Positions 33,356 through 42,879 of a DNA stretch of 48,907 nt are shown here, one piece after another. This DNA is from Planctomycetota bacterium (GTDB taxonomy: Bacteria; Planctomycetota; Phycisphaerae; Sedimentisphaerales; Anaerobacaceae). Location: contig DAOWID010000023.1 in NCBI GenBank assembly GCA_030641115.1, positions 1 to 48,907 on the forward strand. The letters run 5' to 3'. Below the pieces are notes generated by a model that did no database searches, was not told the origin of the DNA, and saw only the letters and a program-made list of their open reading frames with translations. The first letter of the stretch is position 1; each line of letters begins with the position of its first letter. Made by a program: the position numbers and the translations under genes.

Positions 33356-34225
33356 TCAACTTGTTCGGGCCGCTGCCGCCGCTTGCGCGTGTACTTCATC
33401 CAGCGAACCCTTTTTTAATTTAACTCCTGACAAGCTCGGCGGAGAACCACCACCTGAGCCTGTGTCGAGTGAGATAGAAGATTTGTCCTTACCGGCCTTT
33501 TCCTTGGCTTCCTTCGCGGCCTCTTTATAGCACTGCTCCATCGCCCGGGTCGCCTTGGTGGGCGAGCCCTTCTGCACCTTGCCGTCCGCCACACGCTGAT
33601 TGAACTTTGCAACGGCGGCGTTGCGGTGTTCCGTGCCGTATTCGGTGTCAAGACCCTGCAAAAGCTCGTTATAGTCAGCGTTGCGTGCGAGCTTGGCTGT
33701 GTCGGCCTTTGCTTGGACCTCATAATTGCTCTTCGCTTTTTCGAGATTCTCAATGCGGGTATCTTTCGCCTTAATAGCCCCTCTAAGCGAGTTGATGGCA
33801 TTCACCAGAGCAACATCAGTGCCTTCGTAATCCTCCGCCTTCAGCTCGGCGGTAGCAATGCCCTGGTCGGCAGCTTTTGATTCGAGAGCAGCAAGCTGTT
33901 CCTTGAGGCCCTTATTCTCCTGCTGTTGTGTATCAAGCTGGCCCTGGACCTCGGTAGCAGTAGCCTGAGCTTCCGCCGCTTGGTCTCGCGCCCGCTGCGC
34001 ATTGGCTTTTTCCTGGTCTAAAGCCTGCTGTGTCTTGGTGTAGACCTTGTTGTCTTTGAGGTCGGCCTCTTCCGCCTCGGCGATGGCCTTACTTACGGCA
34101 TCACCATCAGCTTTAGTTCCGCCTTCACCTTCAGAACCTTCAGGAAAGAACCGTACAAACGGCCCGTAAAATTTCGCCAATTCAATGGCCCGATGTTTCA
34201 TTTCTTCTTTTCTCGTACTCAACAT
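33356..34225 (-). CDS. Scaffolding protein
   Basis: 289 aa, A/E/K/Q-rich coiled coil, between portal and capsid genes. RBS AAAGGAG. Confidence 0.7.
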   Translation of the reverse strand: MLSTRKEEMKHRAIELAKFYGPFVRFFPEGSEGEGGTKADGDAVSKAIAEAEEADLKDNKVYTKTQQALDQEKANAQRARDQAAEAQATATEVQGQLDTQQQENKGLKEQLAALESKAADQGIATAELKAEDYEGTDVALVNAINSLRGAIKAKDTRIENLEKAKSNYEVQAKADTAKLARNADYNELLQGLDTEYGTEHRNAAVAKFNQRVADGKVQKGSPTKATRAMEQCYKEAAKEAKEKAGKDKSSISLDTGSGGGSPPSLSGVKLKKGSLDEVHAQAAAAARTS

Positions 34226-34357
34226 AATTGCGCTCCTTTCGTTTGAGACTTAGCCTCTTTCCGGGGCTTCTCTATAACCAGAGCCGGCTCTTTAGACCGA
34301 GCCTGTTTAGCCGACTTGGTTTAACAGGGCAGCAACGAGCGACCCTGATTGCTTCAA

Positions 34358-34401
34358 ATAAAAAAAACCCCTGCACATCCCATCAGAGAGACATACAGGG
34401 G
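34358..34401 (-). terminator. Rho-independent terminator-like hairpin upstream of the scaffold/capsid genes
   Basis: Minus strand: CCCCTG...CAGGGG extended stem (with G-U pairs) followed by eight T residues. Confidence 0.6.
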
Positions 34402-34447
34402 TATCTTTCAACTTGTCCTGCTAACGATATTTAGTTTTTACAAAGAG

Positions 34448-34672
34448 CTATTTCTTCGGACACTTTTCGCCGCGTGCCCGCCTGCGACCACTCAACCCCT
34501 TACGTGCCCTATCAGACCCTTTATAAGGACCTGACCCACTTCTTACACCTTTTTTGTTACGTCCCATACCTATTTCCCTTCTTCTACTCGCCATAAAATC
34601 CTTAGTGCCAAAGGCCCAAGATAAATCGAAAGCATTATCTCGCACCATTCGAGACCTATCGTCCATCGCCAA
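34448..34672 (-). CDS. Very basic Gly/Arg/Lys-rich small protein (start uncertain)
   Basis: 74-aa track ORF. Alternative model: a 39-aa peptide from the ATG at 34567 (MGRNKKGVRSGSGPYKGS...) plus a separate 57-aa hydrophobic ORF at 34570..34743. Confidence 0.35.
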   Translation of the reverse strand: MAMDDRSRMVRDNAFDLSWAFGTKDFMASRRREIGMGRNKKGVRSGSGPYKGSDRARKGLSGRRRARGEKCPKK

Positions 34673-34894
34673 AGTTCATAGGAAAGATAAATTCTTATTC
34701 CTCCACCCAAATAAATCACTTTGCCTTTGTTATACCAAGTCATAATCCTTTCCCTTCTTCATACTTCGTTCTTCGTGTTTCGTTAATGTCCTTCAAAACA
34801 CCATCCTTAAAGTTCAGTTCCAGCCTGCCGGTAAATCGTTTGTACCGCAACAGCAGGTCCTCCAAATACGCAACTATTCTTCTTGCGGCCTTAC

Positions 34895-35086
34895 TCATTG
34901 CTTCGCCCAATCAATCCTTGCATAGTTTTCCCGGTATGCTGGAGTTGCCGCTGTTAATCCACATTTCGGATGCTCCTTCATATACTCACGCTTGCCTCTG
35001 GCTTCGCCCTTCTGGACAGCGGCCTTCTCAGCAGTGTCCAAATCACCTGAGAAGATTGTCTTATTGTCGTCAGTTAATTCGCTCAT
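34895..35086 (-). CDS. Hypothetical small protein
   Basis: 63-aa ORF. Confidence 0.45.
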   Translation of the reverse strand: MSELTDDNKTIFSGDLDTAEKAAVQKGEARGKREYMKEHPKCGLTAATPAYRENYARIDWAKQ

Positions 35087-35280
35087 TATGTCGCCGTTTC
35101 ACCTTGCCGCTCAACATACTTATAAAGAACTCGCCAGGCGAGGACTATTCCAAAAACGCCTAAATGCACGTTTACAAAATGAGGGTAACACTCAAGGCCA
35201 AACAAGAACGCTCTTGCTTCAAAGTAAACGCTTATGTGTGGCTTTTGTAAGTGCAATATCTTTCTCGTGCTATACCACAT
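35086..35280 (-). CDS. Hypothetical small hydrophobic protein
   Basis: 64-aa ORF. Confidence 0.35.
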   Translation of the reverse strand: MWYSTRKILHLQKPHISVYFEARAFLFGLECYPHFVNVHLGVFGIVLAWRVLYKYVERQGETAT

Positions 35281-35296
35281 ATCAATTTTCCTTCTT

Positions 35297-35455
35297 CTAC
35301 CTCATGTTACGCACCTGTTTTATCTTTTTCATCTTACGTTCAAACTCGGCAAAGGTTATCTTGCCGGTAGCCAGCCTGTATCTCAGGTCTTCTTCTTTCC
35401 TGCTGGTTAAGCATGGCCGTCGCGTCTGACCTTTACCTGCCTGTCCGCTTACCAT
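35297..35455 (-). CDS. Possible 52-aa basic peptide
   Basis: ATG immediately after the portal stop. Sequence MVSGQAGKGQTRRPC...FERKMKKIKQVRNMR. Below the track cutoff. Confidence 0.3.
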   Translation of the reverse strand: MVSGQAGKGQTRRPCLTSRKEEDLRYRLATGKITFAEFERKMKKIKQVRNMR

Positions 35456-37549
35456 CTATGCTGCTCCCTTCTTCTTCTGCTCCGGTGGCCCTTCGCCCAT
35501 ATCCGGGGCCAACTGACCCGCCTGCACTAATAACTGGGCCAACTGCTGTAATTCCGGTATCGGCACCTGCTGTAAAAACGCCTGTACCTGCTCCGGTGGT
35601 AGTTGCATCAATAACTGGCCCATGCCAATAAACTGCCGGAATAGCTGCAAGCCTTTATATCTGGCAAGTATCTCTCGTCGCTTCGAGATATTTAGTACCC
35701 GCAGCATGTCCTCAATCATCGGGTTCGGTATCGGGTTCTCTAACAACTGATAAGCGGCTGCGTACTCCTGCTGCTTCTTCTGCTCGTCGAATGGTAGGGT
35801 TGATCCAGGCTCGATATTGACATCAAAGCGAACGTCAAGCATCATCTGGTCGGCCCGCATACCACTTTGCTTTTCGTCGGACAGCATCTTCATAAGCCGC
35901 TTCGGGTCATAGTTTCGCTGGCAGAGTTCAGCTACCAGTGTCATCGTATCGTCAATCCACTTATCGAGGAATATGCCCTGCAAGCCGACGTAATCCAAAG
36001 CGTTTTGATTGAGCCTGACAATCTCAGCCTTCGTTTGCTGGCCCTTCTCTGCTTCGCCCCTGGCTACCGGGTGCATAAACTCCTGAGCGTCAATGTCCTT
36101 CTTGAGGATTTCCGCCAACGTAGCAACAGCAGGGTCGAGAGGTGGATATTCGAGGTTCTTTATCTTATCGAGCTTGCCTCTTGCAGCCACGATGATTCTG
36201 CCGAGTCCGGTGATAGCATCCTTCTTACTGCGTACCTTCCCGTCCCGGCCCCTGGCCAAAGCCCCAGCCTCTACAACCTTCGTCGGGTCTGCCGTCCTTC
36301 TGACCTGATTGACCATCGAGCTTACGGTGATATTGAGGAAGTCATTGTTGTTCCGGGACATTTCAACGGCGTTACCACCCTGCCACATGTGCGGCAGAAT
36401 ATGATATGGCATCACGGTAAACGGCCATCGGCTCCCTTTATAAACCTGGTCCTCCTCCTTTGGATTGAGTATCGTCCTGCCTATCCGCAAGACAAACCGC
36501 CCATTCGGGTACAATGGCTCGCTGTATTCTTTAGTAACTTGCTTGGGCCAATCGGTAAGCGGCTTCATTGTTTTCGGGTCCAGGAATACTCCGGTTGTCT
36601 CCTCCTTGACAATCGTGCCCTGACGCAACAACAACTCTTCTGGCACGTTATCCTCTATCTTGACGTGCTTCTCCTCGTAGTCCCGCCAATATATTTCCTC
36701 AATATCGACGTACTGCTGCTTATCGCTGGATACGAGGTCGGCTGACAAACTGCCCGTAACAGTGCCTTGGCCGAGTATCAACGTAACCAACTTAGAGAAC
36801 ATATTCTGACGTGAAACTGAAAGCGCTTGGCCCTTCTGGTCTGTGTAAGTAATCATATCAGCAGCCGTATATTTTGGGTCGGAAGTGCTATAAGCCTCTG
36901 TCTCTATAGCTTTTTTATGGTCTTTCCAGCGGTTCTGTGCCCACTCAAGCTTCACCCTTCGGCGTGTGCCGCAGTTCTCGGCGGTTGCAAGGTTCTCGGC
37001 TGATGGGTCTGCCCAAAACAAAGCAGGATGCACGAAATACTCGTCGGCCTTACCCGTCCAGGACTTCATCACATCATCCCATCCACCTATAGGCCGGTTC
37101 TCCCACTGTGTCTTGCCGACCATATAGCCGAACACGCCACAGTCCAGCAGGCCCTTAATGAGCTTCAGCCGCATACTAAGCTCGTAGGGCGATTCCCACA
37201 GGTATTGTAAGTGTCCCGCCCACTTCTCAGCATACTCAGTAGCGCCCTCCTGCTCATCATCCCAGGCGTTAGTGAGTATCTTTGGATTATTACCAGCCAA
37301 TTTCGCTATCGTCTGGAACATCAAGGGGTATATACGGTTAAGGACTATGTACTCCCAATTTTCTTTCAGGTTCCAGCCCTGAAGCTGTTGGCTCCACACA
37401 TACTGGACGGCGGTAAACCACATGTCCATCCACTTCTTCGTTACCGTCATACCGGCATCTCGAATATCGTCGAGAAAAGCGTTAAGGTCAGGATGCTTGT
37501 CAGCTATCCCTGCCGGGTTCCCGTGAGTTGTACCTTCCTTTGGGTTCAA
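35456..37549 (-). CDS. Portal protein
   Basis: 697 aa. Call rests on its position between terL and the scaffold gene, plus size and composition. Confidence 0.7.
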   Translation of the reverse strand: MNPKEGTTHGNPAGIADKHPDLNAFLDDIRDAGMTVTKKWMDMWFTAVQYVWSQQLQGWNLKENWEYIVLNRIYPLMFQTIAKLAGNNPKILTNAWDDEQEGATEYAEKWAGHLQYLWESPYELSMRLKLIKGLLDCGVFGYMVGKTQWENRPIGGWDDVMKSWTGKADEYFVHPALFWADPSAENLATAENCGTRRRVKLEWAQNRWKDHKKAIETEAYSTSDPKYTAADMITYTDQKGQALSVSRQNMFSKLVTLILGQGTVTGSLSADLVSSDKQQYVDIEEIYWRDYEEKHVKIEDNVPEELLLRQGTIVKEETTGVFLDPKTMKPLTDWPKQVTKEYSEPLYPNGRFVLRIGRTILNPKEEDQVYKGSRWPFTVMPYHILPHMWQGGNAVEMSRNNNDFLNITVSSMVNQVRRTADPTKVVEAGALARGRDGKVRSKKDAITGLGRIIVAARGKLDKIKNLEYPPLDPAVATLAEILKKDIDAQEFMHPVARGEAEKGQQTKAEIVRLNQNALDYVGLQGIFLDKWIDDTMTLVAELCQRNYDPKRLMKMLSDEKQSGMRADQMMLDVRFDVNIEPGSTLPFDEQKKQQEYAAAYQLLENPIPNPMIEDMLRVLNISKRREILARYKGLQLFRQFIGMGQLLMQLPPEQVQAFLQQVPIPELQQLAQLLVQAGQLAPDMGEGPPEQKKKGAA

Positions 37550-37559
37550 CTTTTACTCC

Positions 37560-38075
37560 TTAGTTCACGCCTGATATAATCGCGCCGAATGTGGCCATTG
37601 TCGTAGCGCCGCCGTCGAGGTCTACTTCGAGGAACAAGTCCTGCCAACCATAAGCATCCACCTGCAAGATGGCTTGGCGGTTATTGCCACTGTCCAGGAC
37701 AGTTACCTCGTCGGACAGAACACCTGCCGTTGCCGTGATAGTATCGACCCATTTTGTATTGGTGAGAGTCGAGCCAGTAATGGGGTCAACAGCGCACACT
37801 TGTGTACCAAGGGTCATAACGCCTGAGACTAACAGTGTAATAGGTCCGAGCATTTTGCGTCTGCCATACAGCTTGTAGGTCATATCTTCATCAGCTGCGT
37901 CAGAGCCATAGCCGCTTATCAAGATACCAGCCACGTCCTTCATCTTTGCATCATTGAGACTGAAGATATTTGAACTCGGCCAGTCAGTAAATCCGAACGC
38001 CGCCAATGCCGTGTCATCAACGGCCACAACGTTACGCAACGAGTACCAGGGTAGCTTTATCGTGTTATTTATCAT
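37560..38075 (-). CDS. Hypothetical virion-module protein
   Basis: 171 aa, beta-rich, directly upstream of the portal gene. Confidence 0.6.
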   Translation of the reverse strand: MINNTIKLPWYSLRNVVAVDDTALAAFGFTDWPSSNIFSLNDAKMKDVAGILISGYGSDAADEDMTYKLYGRRKMLGPITLLVSGVMTLGTQVCAVDPITGSTLTNTKWVDTITATAGVLSDEVTVLDSGNNRQAILQVDAYGWQDLFLEVDLDGGATTMATFGAIISGVN

Positions 38076-38111
38076 TTGGTTGTTCTCCTTAAATTTAATC
38101 CCAAATTCCAG

Positions 38112-39701
38112 CTAAAACGTGCAGGTAGCCTTTATTGTCGCCCATTCCGTCCCCGTCCACATCAGGACCCAGGTCTCATCTACAGCATCAAAAGTTCCCA
38201 CCTCCGGGTCCTCCGTCTCGTGATTGGTAACAGAAACCGTGCTTGAATTACTTGCCTCGGTCATTACTATAGTAATCGTTTCGCCGATATAACGACCGCC
38301 TGGCAGGGTCGCTGTCACTGCAGCGCCCGATGAATCCACGGGAACTTCTCCCCACCACGGCTGCAGGGTTATCGTGCCGGTGGCTGTCCTTCCTACCGAC
38401 CTGTTGTTTCGGGCAACCAAACTGCTAATGGCGGTTTCTTCGTGAATTTTGTTCCCCTCACTCAGGACCGCAGGGGTCATATCATTGTCGACAATGGTTA
38501 TATTGCTGCAGCCGGTGCGCAGGTAGACTAACTGAGTGGGGGTAGTACTTGTATTTGACCATACATTCCCCTGCATAAGAACATAGCTTCCGGCAATTTC
38601 ACAGCTCCCCCAAGTATTGTATTCAAAATGATTGTTGAAAAGGCCCACATAACTACCCGTTGCCGAAACGTACAAGTCGGCCTTGCAGTCGTAGGTATAG
38701 CAGTTGGAAATAAGAACGCTGTTCCCGTCGACGTAGAACGCAGTCTTGTGTATGCCCTCCAAAATACAATTATTAATAACGATGCGCTTTGCCGTGCTTG
38801 TGACATGGATACCCTTTTTATATTCCGTCGTGGATGTCTTGAAGATACAATTCGAGATACTGATATTCTCCGCGTCTGATATATCCACAGCATCGGTTGC
38901 GAAATCTACAATCGTGCAATTACTCACGGCGATGTCTTTGGCGTGCTGGATATAAATACCGCTCTGCGTAGAGCCGGTGCCGTTAACATTGCTTACTGCG
39001 ATGTTTTCATTGTTCCGTCCATCTGTTTGCCATTCGATACAAATGTGTTCGGTTCCGGGGTTGCGACTAATGATATTACTGCAATTAATAAATGTACTCC
39101 CGTAACCAATAAAAACGGCATGATTACCCGAATTGACGGTAGTAATATTGTTTATCGTTCCATCATTGCAGTCGCTCACTATAAGCGTGTCCTTGTTTGT
39201 GTCACAAATATATAAATTACTTAAAGAGAACCGCTTCACTGTTTTCAAATATAACCCATACGAGGAAGCGCCGCCTTGCCCCGTGCCGTCGATTGTCATA
39301 TCAGAGACTACGACATCTGTCTTGGTATCAGCTTCCAACATAGTCTCCATAAGCGTAGCAGTTGCCTGGAAAATTGTATTACGGCCATAGCCCTTAAGAG
39401 TAAGGTAAGAACGCAGATTAATTTTGCCGTTAATGCTGAACGTTCCTTCGCCGGGAGAAACTTTGCCCCCAATAGCAGGCAGGGCGTCTATCGCCGCCTG
39501 TATCTGGACCTGGTCATCTACACCGTCACAAATATAATCAGCAGAGGCTCGAACCTTGGCAGACGCATCTGAGGCCGCCACAGAAAGAGTGTAGCCCGAC
39601 CCCCTGTCCGGCCCCTTCTTATGTCTGCCTCGTCCCCACCAGCCCTCAGCAACCGAGGTACACAACAATAGCAATACAAGCCCTACAATTAGCTTCTTCA
39701 T
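38112..39701 (-). CDS. Right-handed beta-helix (pectate-lyase-fold) glycanase/depolymerase-like protein with an N-terminal signal peptide
   Basis: MKKLIVGLVLLLLCTSVAEG signal. DDQVQIQAAIDALPAIGG...GTFSI start motif. Repeated N..I.N/ISNC beta-helix rungs. Confidence 0.85.
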   Translation of the reverse strand: MKKLIVGLVLLLLCTSVAEGWWGRGRHKKGPDRGSGYTLSVAASDASAKVRASADYICDGVDDQVQIQAAIDALPAIGGKVSPGEGTFSINGKINLRSYLTLKGYGRNTIFQATATLMETMLEADTKTDVVVSDMTIDGTGQGGASSYGLYLKTVKRFSLSNLYICDTNKDTLIVSDCNDGTINNITTVNSGNHAVFIGYGSTFINCSNIISRNPGTEHICIEWQTDGRNNENIAVSNVNGTGSTQSGIYIQHAKDIAVSNCTIVDFATDAVDISDAENISISNCIFKTSTTEYKKGIHVTSTAKRIVINNCILEGIHKTAFYVDGNSVLISNCYTYDCKADLYVSATGSYVGLFNNHFEYNTWGSCEIAGSYVLMQGNVWSNTSTTPTQLVYLRTGCSNITIVDNDMTPAVLSEGNKIHEETAISSLVARNNRSVGRTATGTITLQPWWGEVPVDSSGAAVTATLPGGRYIGETITIVMTEASNSSTVSVTNHETEDPEVGTFDAVDETWVLMWTGTEWATIKATCTF

Positions 39702-39928
39702 TCGGCCATCTCCTTTTCTTTCTCATCGTCAAGTAGTTCAAATTCCGCTGGGTCTTTCCTGGCCCCGAACAAGCCTTTATCCTCTACGGAATCATCCCCT
39801 TTACTCATCCGTATCTCGTAGGAAGCTTTCCAGCCGAGTCTAAAACCGACGATTGTTACCGCCACGCCGATAGCAAGGCCGACCACAAAGCAGATTATGG
39901 GGATGATTATTGGAATACACTCAGTCAT
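39698..39928 (-). CDS. Small membrane protein (1 N-terminal TM, acidic tail)
   Basis: 76 aa. IPIIIPIICFVVGLAIGVAVTIVGF. Confidence 0.55.
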   Translation of the reverse strand: MTECIPIIIPIICFVVGLAIGVAVTIVGFRLGWKASYEIRMSKGDDSVEDKGLFGARKDPAEFELLDDEKEKEMAE

Positions 39929-40107
39929 TTACTGAACTCCGGGCATACAACGTGCGTAATATCCGGCCCAAATACGGCTTCCGCCTCAAGGCCAATGAAC
40001 TTGGGTGTAGCCATCGCCAAGGCCACCATTACAACAATGAACATAATGATAAATGCGGTATTGGCTATTTTTGTCTTACTCACTCCCCAAATCCTCCAAC
40101 AGCTCAT
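39925..40107 (-). CDS. Small membrane protein
   Basis: 60 aa. TAFIIMFIVVMVALAMA. Confidence 0.45.
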   Translation of the reverse strand: MSCWRIWGVSKTKIANTAFIIMFIVVMVALAMATPKFIGLEAEAVFGPDITHVVCPEFSK

Positions 40108-40516
40108 CGCAGTACGCCGCCGTCAACTCGTCGCTACGACCTTCCTGCTCAGGCATATTTCCCTGCTCAATCATCTTCTTGAACCACTTGACCAACGTGG
40201 TCAGAGAGTGAGCATGTTGCCCTGAAATGGTTACATCTTTACTCTCTTTTACTGGCTTATTACAAGATGGACAGAGCAATTCCCCATCATCTCCTGGCTC
40301 GCAATCACCAACAAAACCAGCCCATAAACAAGCTATACAAAACATAGGCACTTCGGTTATTGACCGCAGCGTTTTTGCCGCTACCCTTCCCACACCCTGA
40401 CACATTGGGCATTTGATGAAATTCCGCTCTGCCGCCCATCCTACGGTACTGTGCCAGTGACCATCCCCTTTACATCTTGGACACATCACAAGTTGTTGTT
40501 TCCTTTCCTTACTCAT
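40076..40516 (-). CDS. Cys-rich protein with DnaJ-type CxxCxGxG zinc-finger motifs
   Basis: ATG at 40516 overlapping the terL stop. CPRCKGDG and CPMCQGVG, plus a later CPSC. Confidence 0.6.
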   Translation of the reverse strand: MSKERKQQLVMCPRCKGDGHWHSTVGWAAERNFIKCPMCQGVGRVAAKTLRSITEVPMFCIACLWAGFVGDCEPGDDGELLCPSCNKPVKESKDVTISGQHAHSLTTLVKWFKKMIEQGNMPEQEGRSDELTAAYCDELLEDLGSE

Positions 40517-42311
40517 AATCAGACATGTCCTCATATAAAAGGTCCAACCCGTCCGGATCCTCGCCCTCGTCATCAACGTCCATAGCACCCATAACGGCAA
40601 TAGGTCGCTCCGGTTTCTCGTCCGAGCGGTCCCAACTCAAATCCTCATTCAACGGGCATCGCTGATGTAATTGAACCAAGCCAGCTAACGTGATAACACA
40701 ATCGTCTTTCTCCCCTATCTCTGCCCTGGGCTTGCCATCCGGCCCCCACACATATACCCGCATCTCCTCAATAAAGCGAATATCAAAGACACCAAGCTCA
40801 TGTTCACGGCTTACTGTCTGAAGGTCGGCAATCATCGGCTTTTTGGTCAGTTGTGTAGTACGCCATCCGAGCTTCTTGGAGTCCTCTCGCTGGACCTCCT
40901 CTTCTTTGTACTCACGGCTGTAAATATACGGATAGTCAGCTTTCTTCATGGCGTCGAGGATACTCTGGCCGATAGAGTTCATCTCAGGACTCGCCCAGGC
41001 ATAATTGAAGTATTTGCAACCTAAGATGAATTGCTCCGCAAAATCAATGGTATCTGGCCTGCCATAGTAGGTCATAGGCACTTCGAAGTGGTTGCGGTCT
41101 AATATAGCAGCCACAGAACGGTCAGGGTCGCTCTTGGCATCATTCGGGTCAGATAACATCCCTTCAGCCACATCCCCAAAGCCTACGTAGCTGTGGTGCT
41201 TCACAGGCCACTTCCATACGGACCAGCAGTTCTCTTTGCGGTTTACATGGCGATACTTGACCTTGCCCCCATCCCCCTCATAAAACTCGATAGTAGCGGC
41301 TGGCGGCCTGCAATTCTTTGCCAGAACATCCAAGTCTATAGGCTTGAATACCGCCCGACCCGTGCTCTGGAAGGCTTCTCTTGCCGTCCTGGGATATTCA
41401 GCCTTGAACCTGCTTATATCATTGCCACACTTGTTCTGCACAGTCTGTAAGGCAAAGTATATCTGTTCTGGCGATAGCACCACATCCATTGCCAAGCCCT
41501 CTTTGACATACTCTTCCATCTCCGGGGTCATGTTCGGCACCGTCGTACAGCCTTGGGGTAATGTCTTTTGGTACTCGGGAAAGTCCTGCCACGATAAAAA
41601 GACGGGCAGATAACCAGTATAATCGTGCGGGTCCCTCCGCAATCTTTCCACAGCATCCCAATAATGCTTGTAAAACGCACCGCCTACGCCGTTTGCCGTT
41701 GATTCGAGAACTACCATAGTATCGGGCTCGTTAGGTACTTCTTGCAATAGGCCGAGCAGTTGGGTATCGGCATTGGCCCAAAACGCCACCTCTGTCGCAT
41801 GAACTTTTTGAGTAGTACCACCACGTCCGAGTGTTTTCGTGCCCGCCGTCTGGCACAGCATACTTGAGCGATGTGGTGGGCTGTACCTAATCTCTTTGGC
41901 CGAGGCCCTATCAGTCAGAAGCACAAGGTCTTTTGGCATTTCCTGTTGGAATGTCTCACACATACGAAATACCTTGTCGGTCGAGACCTTATCCATTGAG
42001 ACGATAGAACCATGCACGTTCGGCTTGCGATTAATGTCCTCAAAGATACACGCTTCGATGAACGTCGATATCCCCTCCTGACGAGCTTTGAGAACAACCA
42101 GCATAATCGGCAGATTGTGCTTGCGCTGTAGGGCAATGGCATTGTGGACCTTGAGCTGTGCCACATTGTGCACCAATGGCACGAGCTGGCTCTTCTTATC
42201 GACTATCTTCAGGTATTGCGATTGCCAGCCTAAAGACGTTCGCTTATAGTCGTCAAGCAGCTCTCTATTAAATTGTCTGCGGGGCGCTTCCGTTGCCGTT
42301 GCTACCACCAT
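40509..42311 (-). CDS. terL: Terminase large subunit
   Basis: 600 aa. VLKARQEGISTF (ATPase P-loop variant typical of Terminase_6), VLESTANG, and a C-terminal nuclease-size domain. Follows terS. Confidence 0.9.
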   Translation of the reverse strand: MVVATATEAPRRQFNRELLDDYKRTSLGWQSQYLKIVDKKSQLVPLVHNVAQLKVHNAIALQRKHNLPIMLVVLKARQEGISTFIEACIFEDINRKPNVHGSIVSMDKVSTDKVFRMCETFQQEMPKDLVLLTDRASAKEIRYSPPHRSSMLCQTAGTKTLGRGGTTQKVHATEVAFWANADTQLLGLLQEVPNEPDTMVVLESTANGVGGAFYKHYWDAVERLRRDPHDYTGYLPVFLSWQDFPEYQKTLPQGCTTVPNMTPEMEEYVKEGLAMDVVLSPEQIYFALQTVQNKCGNDISRFKAEYPRTAREAFQSTGRAVFKPIDLDVLAKNCRPPAATIEFYEGDGGKVKYRHVNRKENCWSVWKWPVKHHSYVGFGDVAEGMLSDPNDAKSDPDRSVAAILDRNHFEVPMTYYGRPDTIDFAEQFILGCKYFNYAWASPEMNSIGQSILDAMKKADYPYIYSREYKEEEVQREDSKKLGWRTTQLTKKPMIADLQTVSREHELGVFDIRFIEEMRVYVWGPDGKPRAEIGEKDDCVITLAGLVQLHQRCPLNEDLSWDRSDEKPERPIAVMGAMDVDDEGEDPDGLDLLYEDMSDYE

Positions 42312-42879
42312 TAACCCCTTCTATGCTCCTACTGTCCAGCCCTGTGCCTGCTGCCTCTGTTTCTGCTATCAGCCGTTTAATCTCCTCAACTGTGATTGGC
42401 TCTCTTCTCACTTCCTCAACCCTGTGGTCAATCTCCTTCTTATCGCTCCATCGGTGCGGTTGCCTGTTCTTCAGCCAGAATATCTGTGCTGTAACATCTG
42501 GAGCTATCCCTTTCCTAACAATCTTCGTTACAACCAATGACTCTTCAACGGCCTTCTCGGCTGTTTCCCCCTCTGGTATATCAGCAGCATCTACCTCGCC
42601 CTTATCAACAATCGCTGGTTCTTTAGTGATTTCATCGTAACTATAGCCTGTAGCACGTTTTAACAAGGATTGCTCGACAACCTGGCTATCAAATTCATCC
42701 TTGCCCTTTTTTAAGGACTGTAGAAACTGAGGATGCTGCTTTTTCCACACATTGATTGTCTTCTCCGACACCTTGAACTGAGCAGCTAAGTTCTTGTCTG
42801 TATAACCCTGTTGGCGGCACAATTCCCCCGCCTCCTCTACATATTCTGCTTTGTACTTAGTTGGCCTGCCTCCTGCCAT
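42268..42879 (-). CDS. terS: Terminase small subunit
   Basis: MAGGRPTKYKAEYVEEA...EKTINVWKKQHPQF...SLLKRATGY is the common HTH-type terS N-terminus. Confidence 0.85.
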   Translation of the reverse strand: MAGGRPTKYKAEYVEEAGELCRQQGYTDKNLAAQFKVSEKTINVWKKQHPQFLQSLKKGKDEFDSQVVEQSLLKRATGYSYDEITKEPAIVDKGEVDAADIPEGETAEKAVEESLVVTKIVRKGIAPDVTAQIFWLKNRQPHRWSDKKEIDHRVEEVRREPITVEEIKRLIAETEAAGTGLDSRSIEGVNGGSNGNGSAPQTI

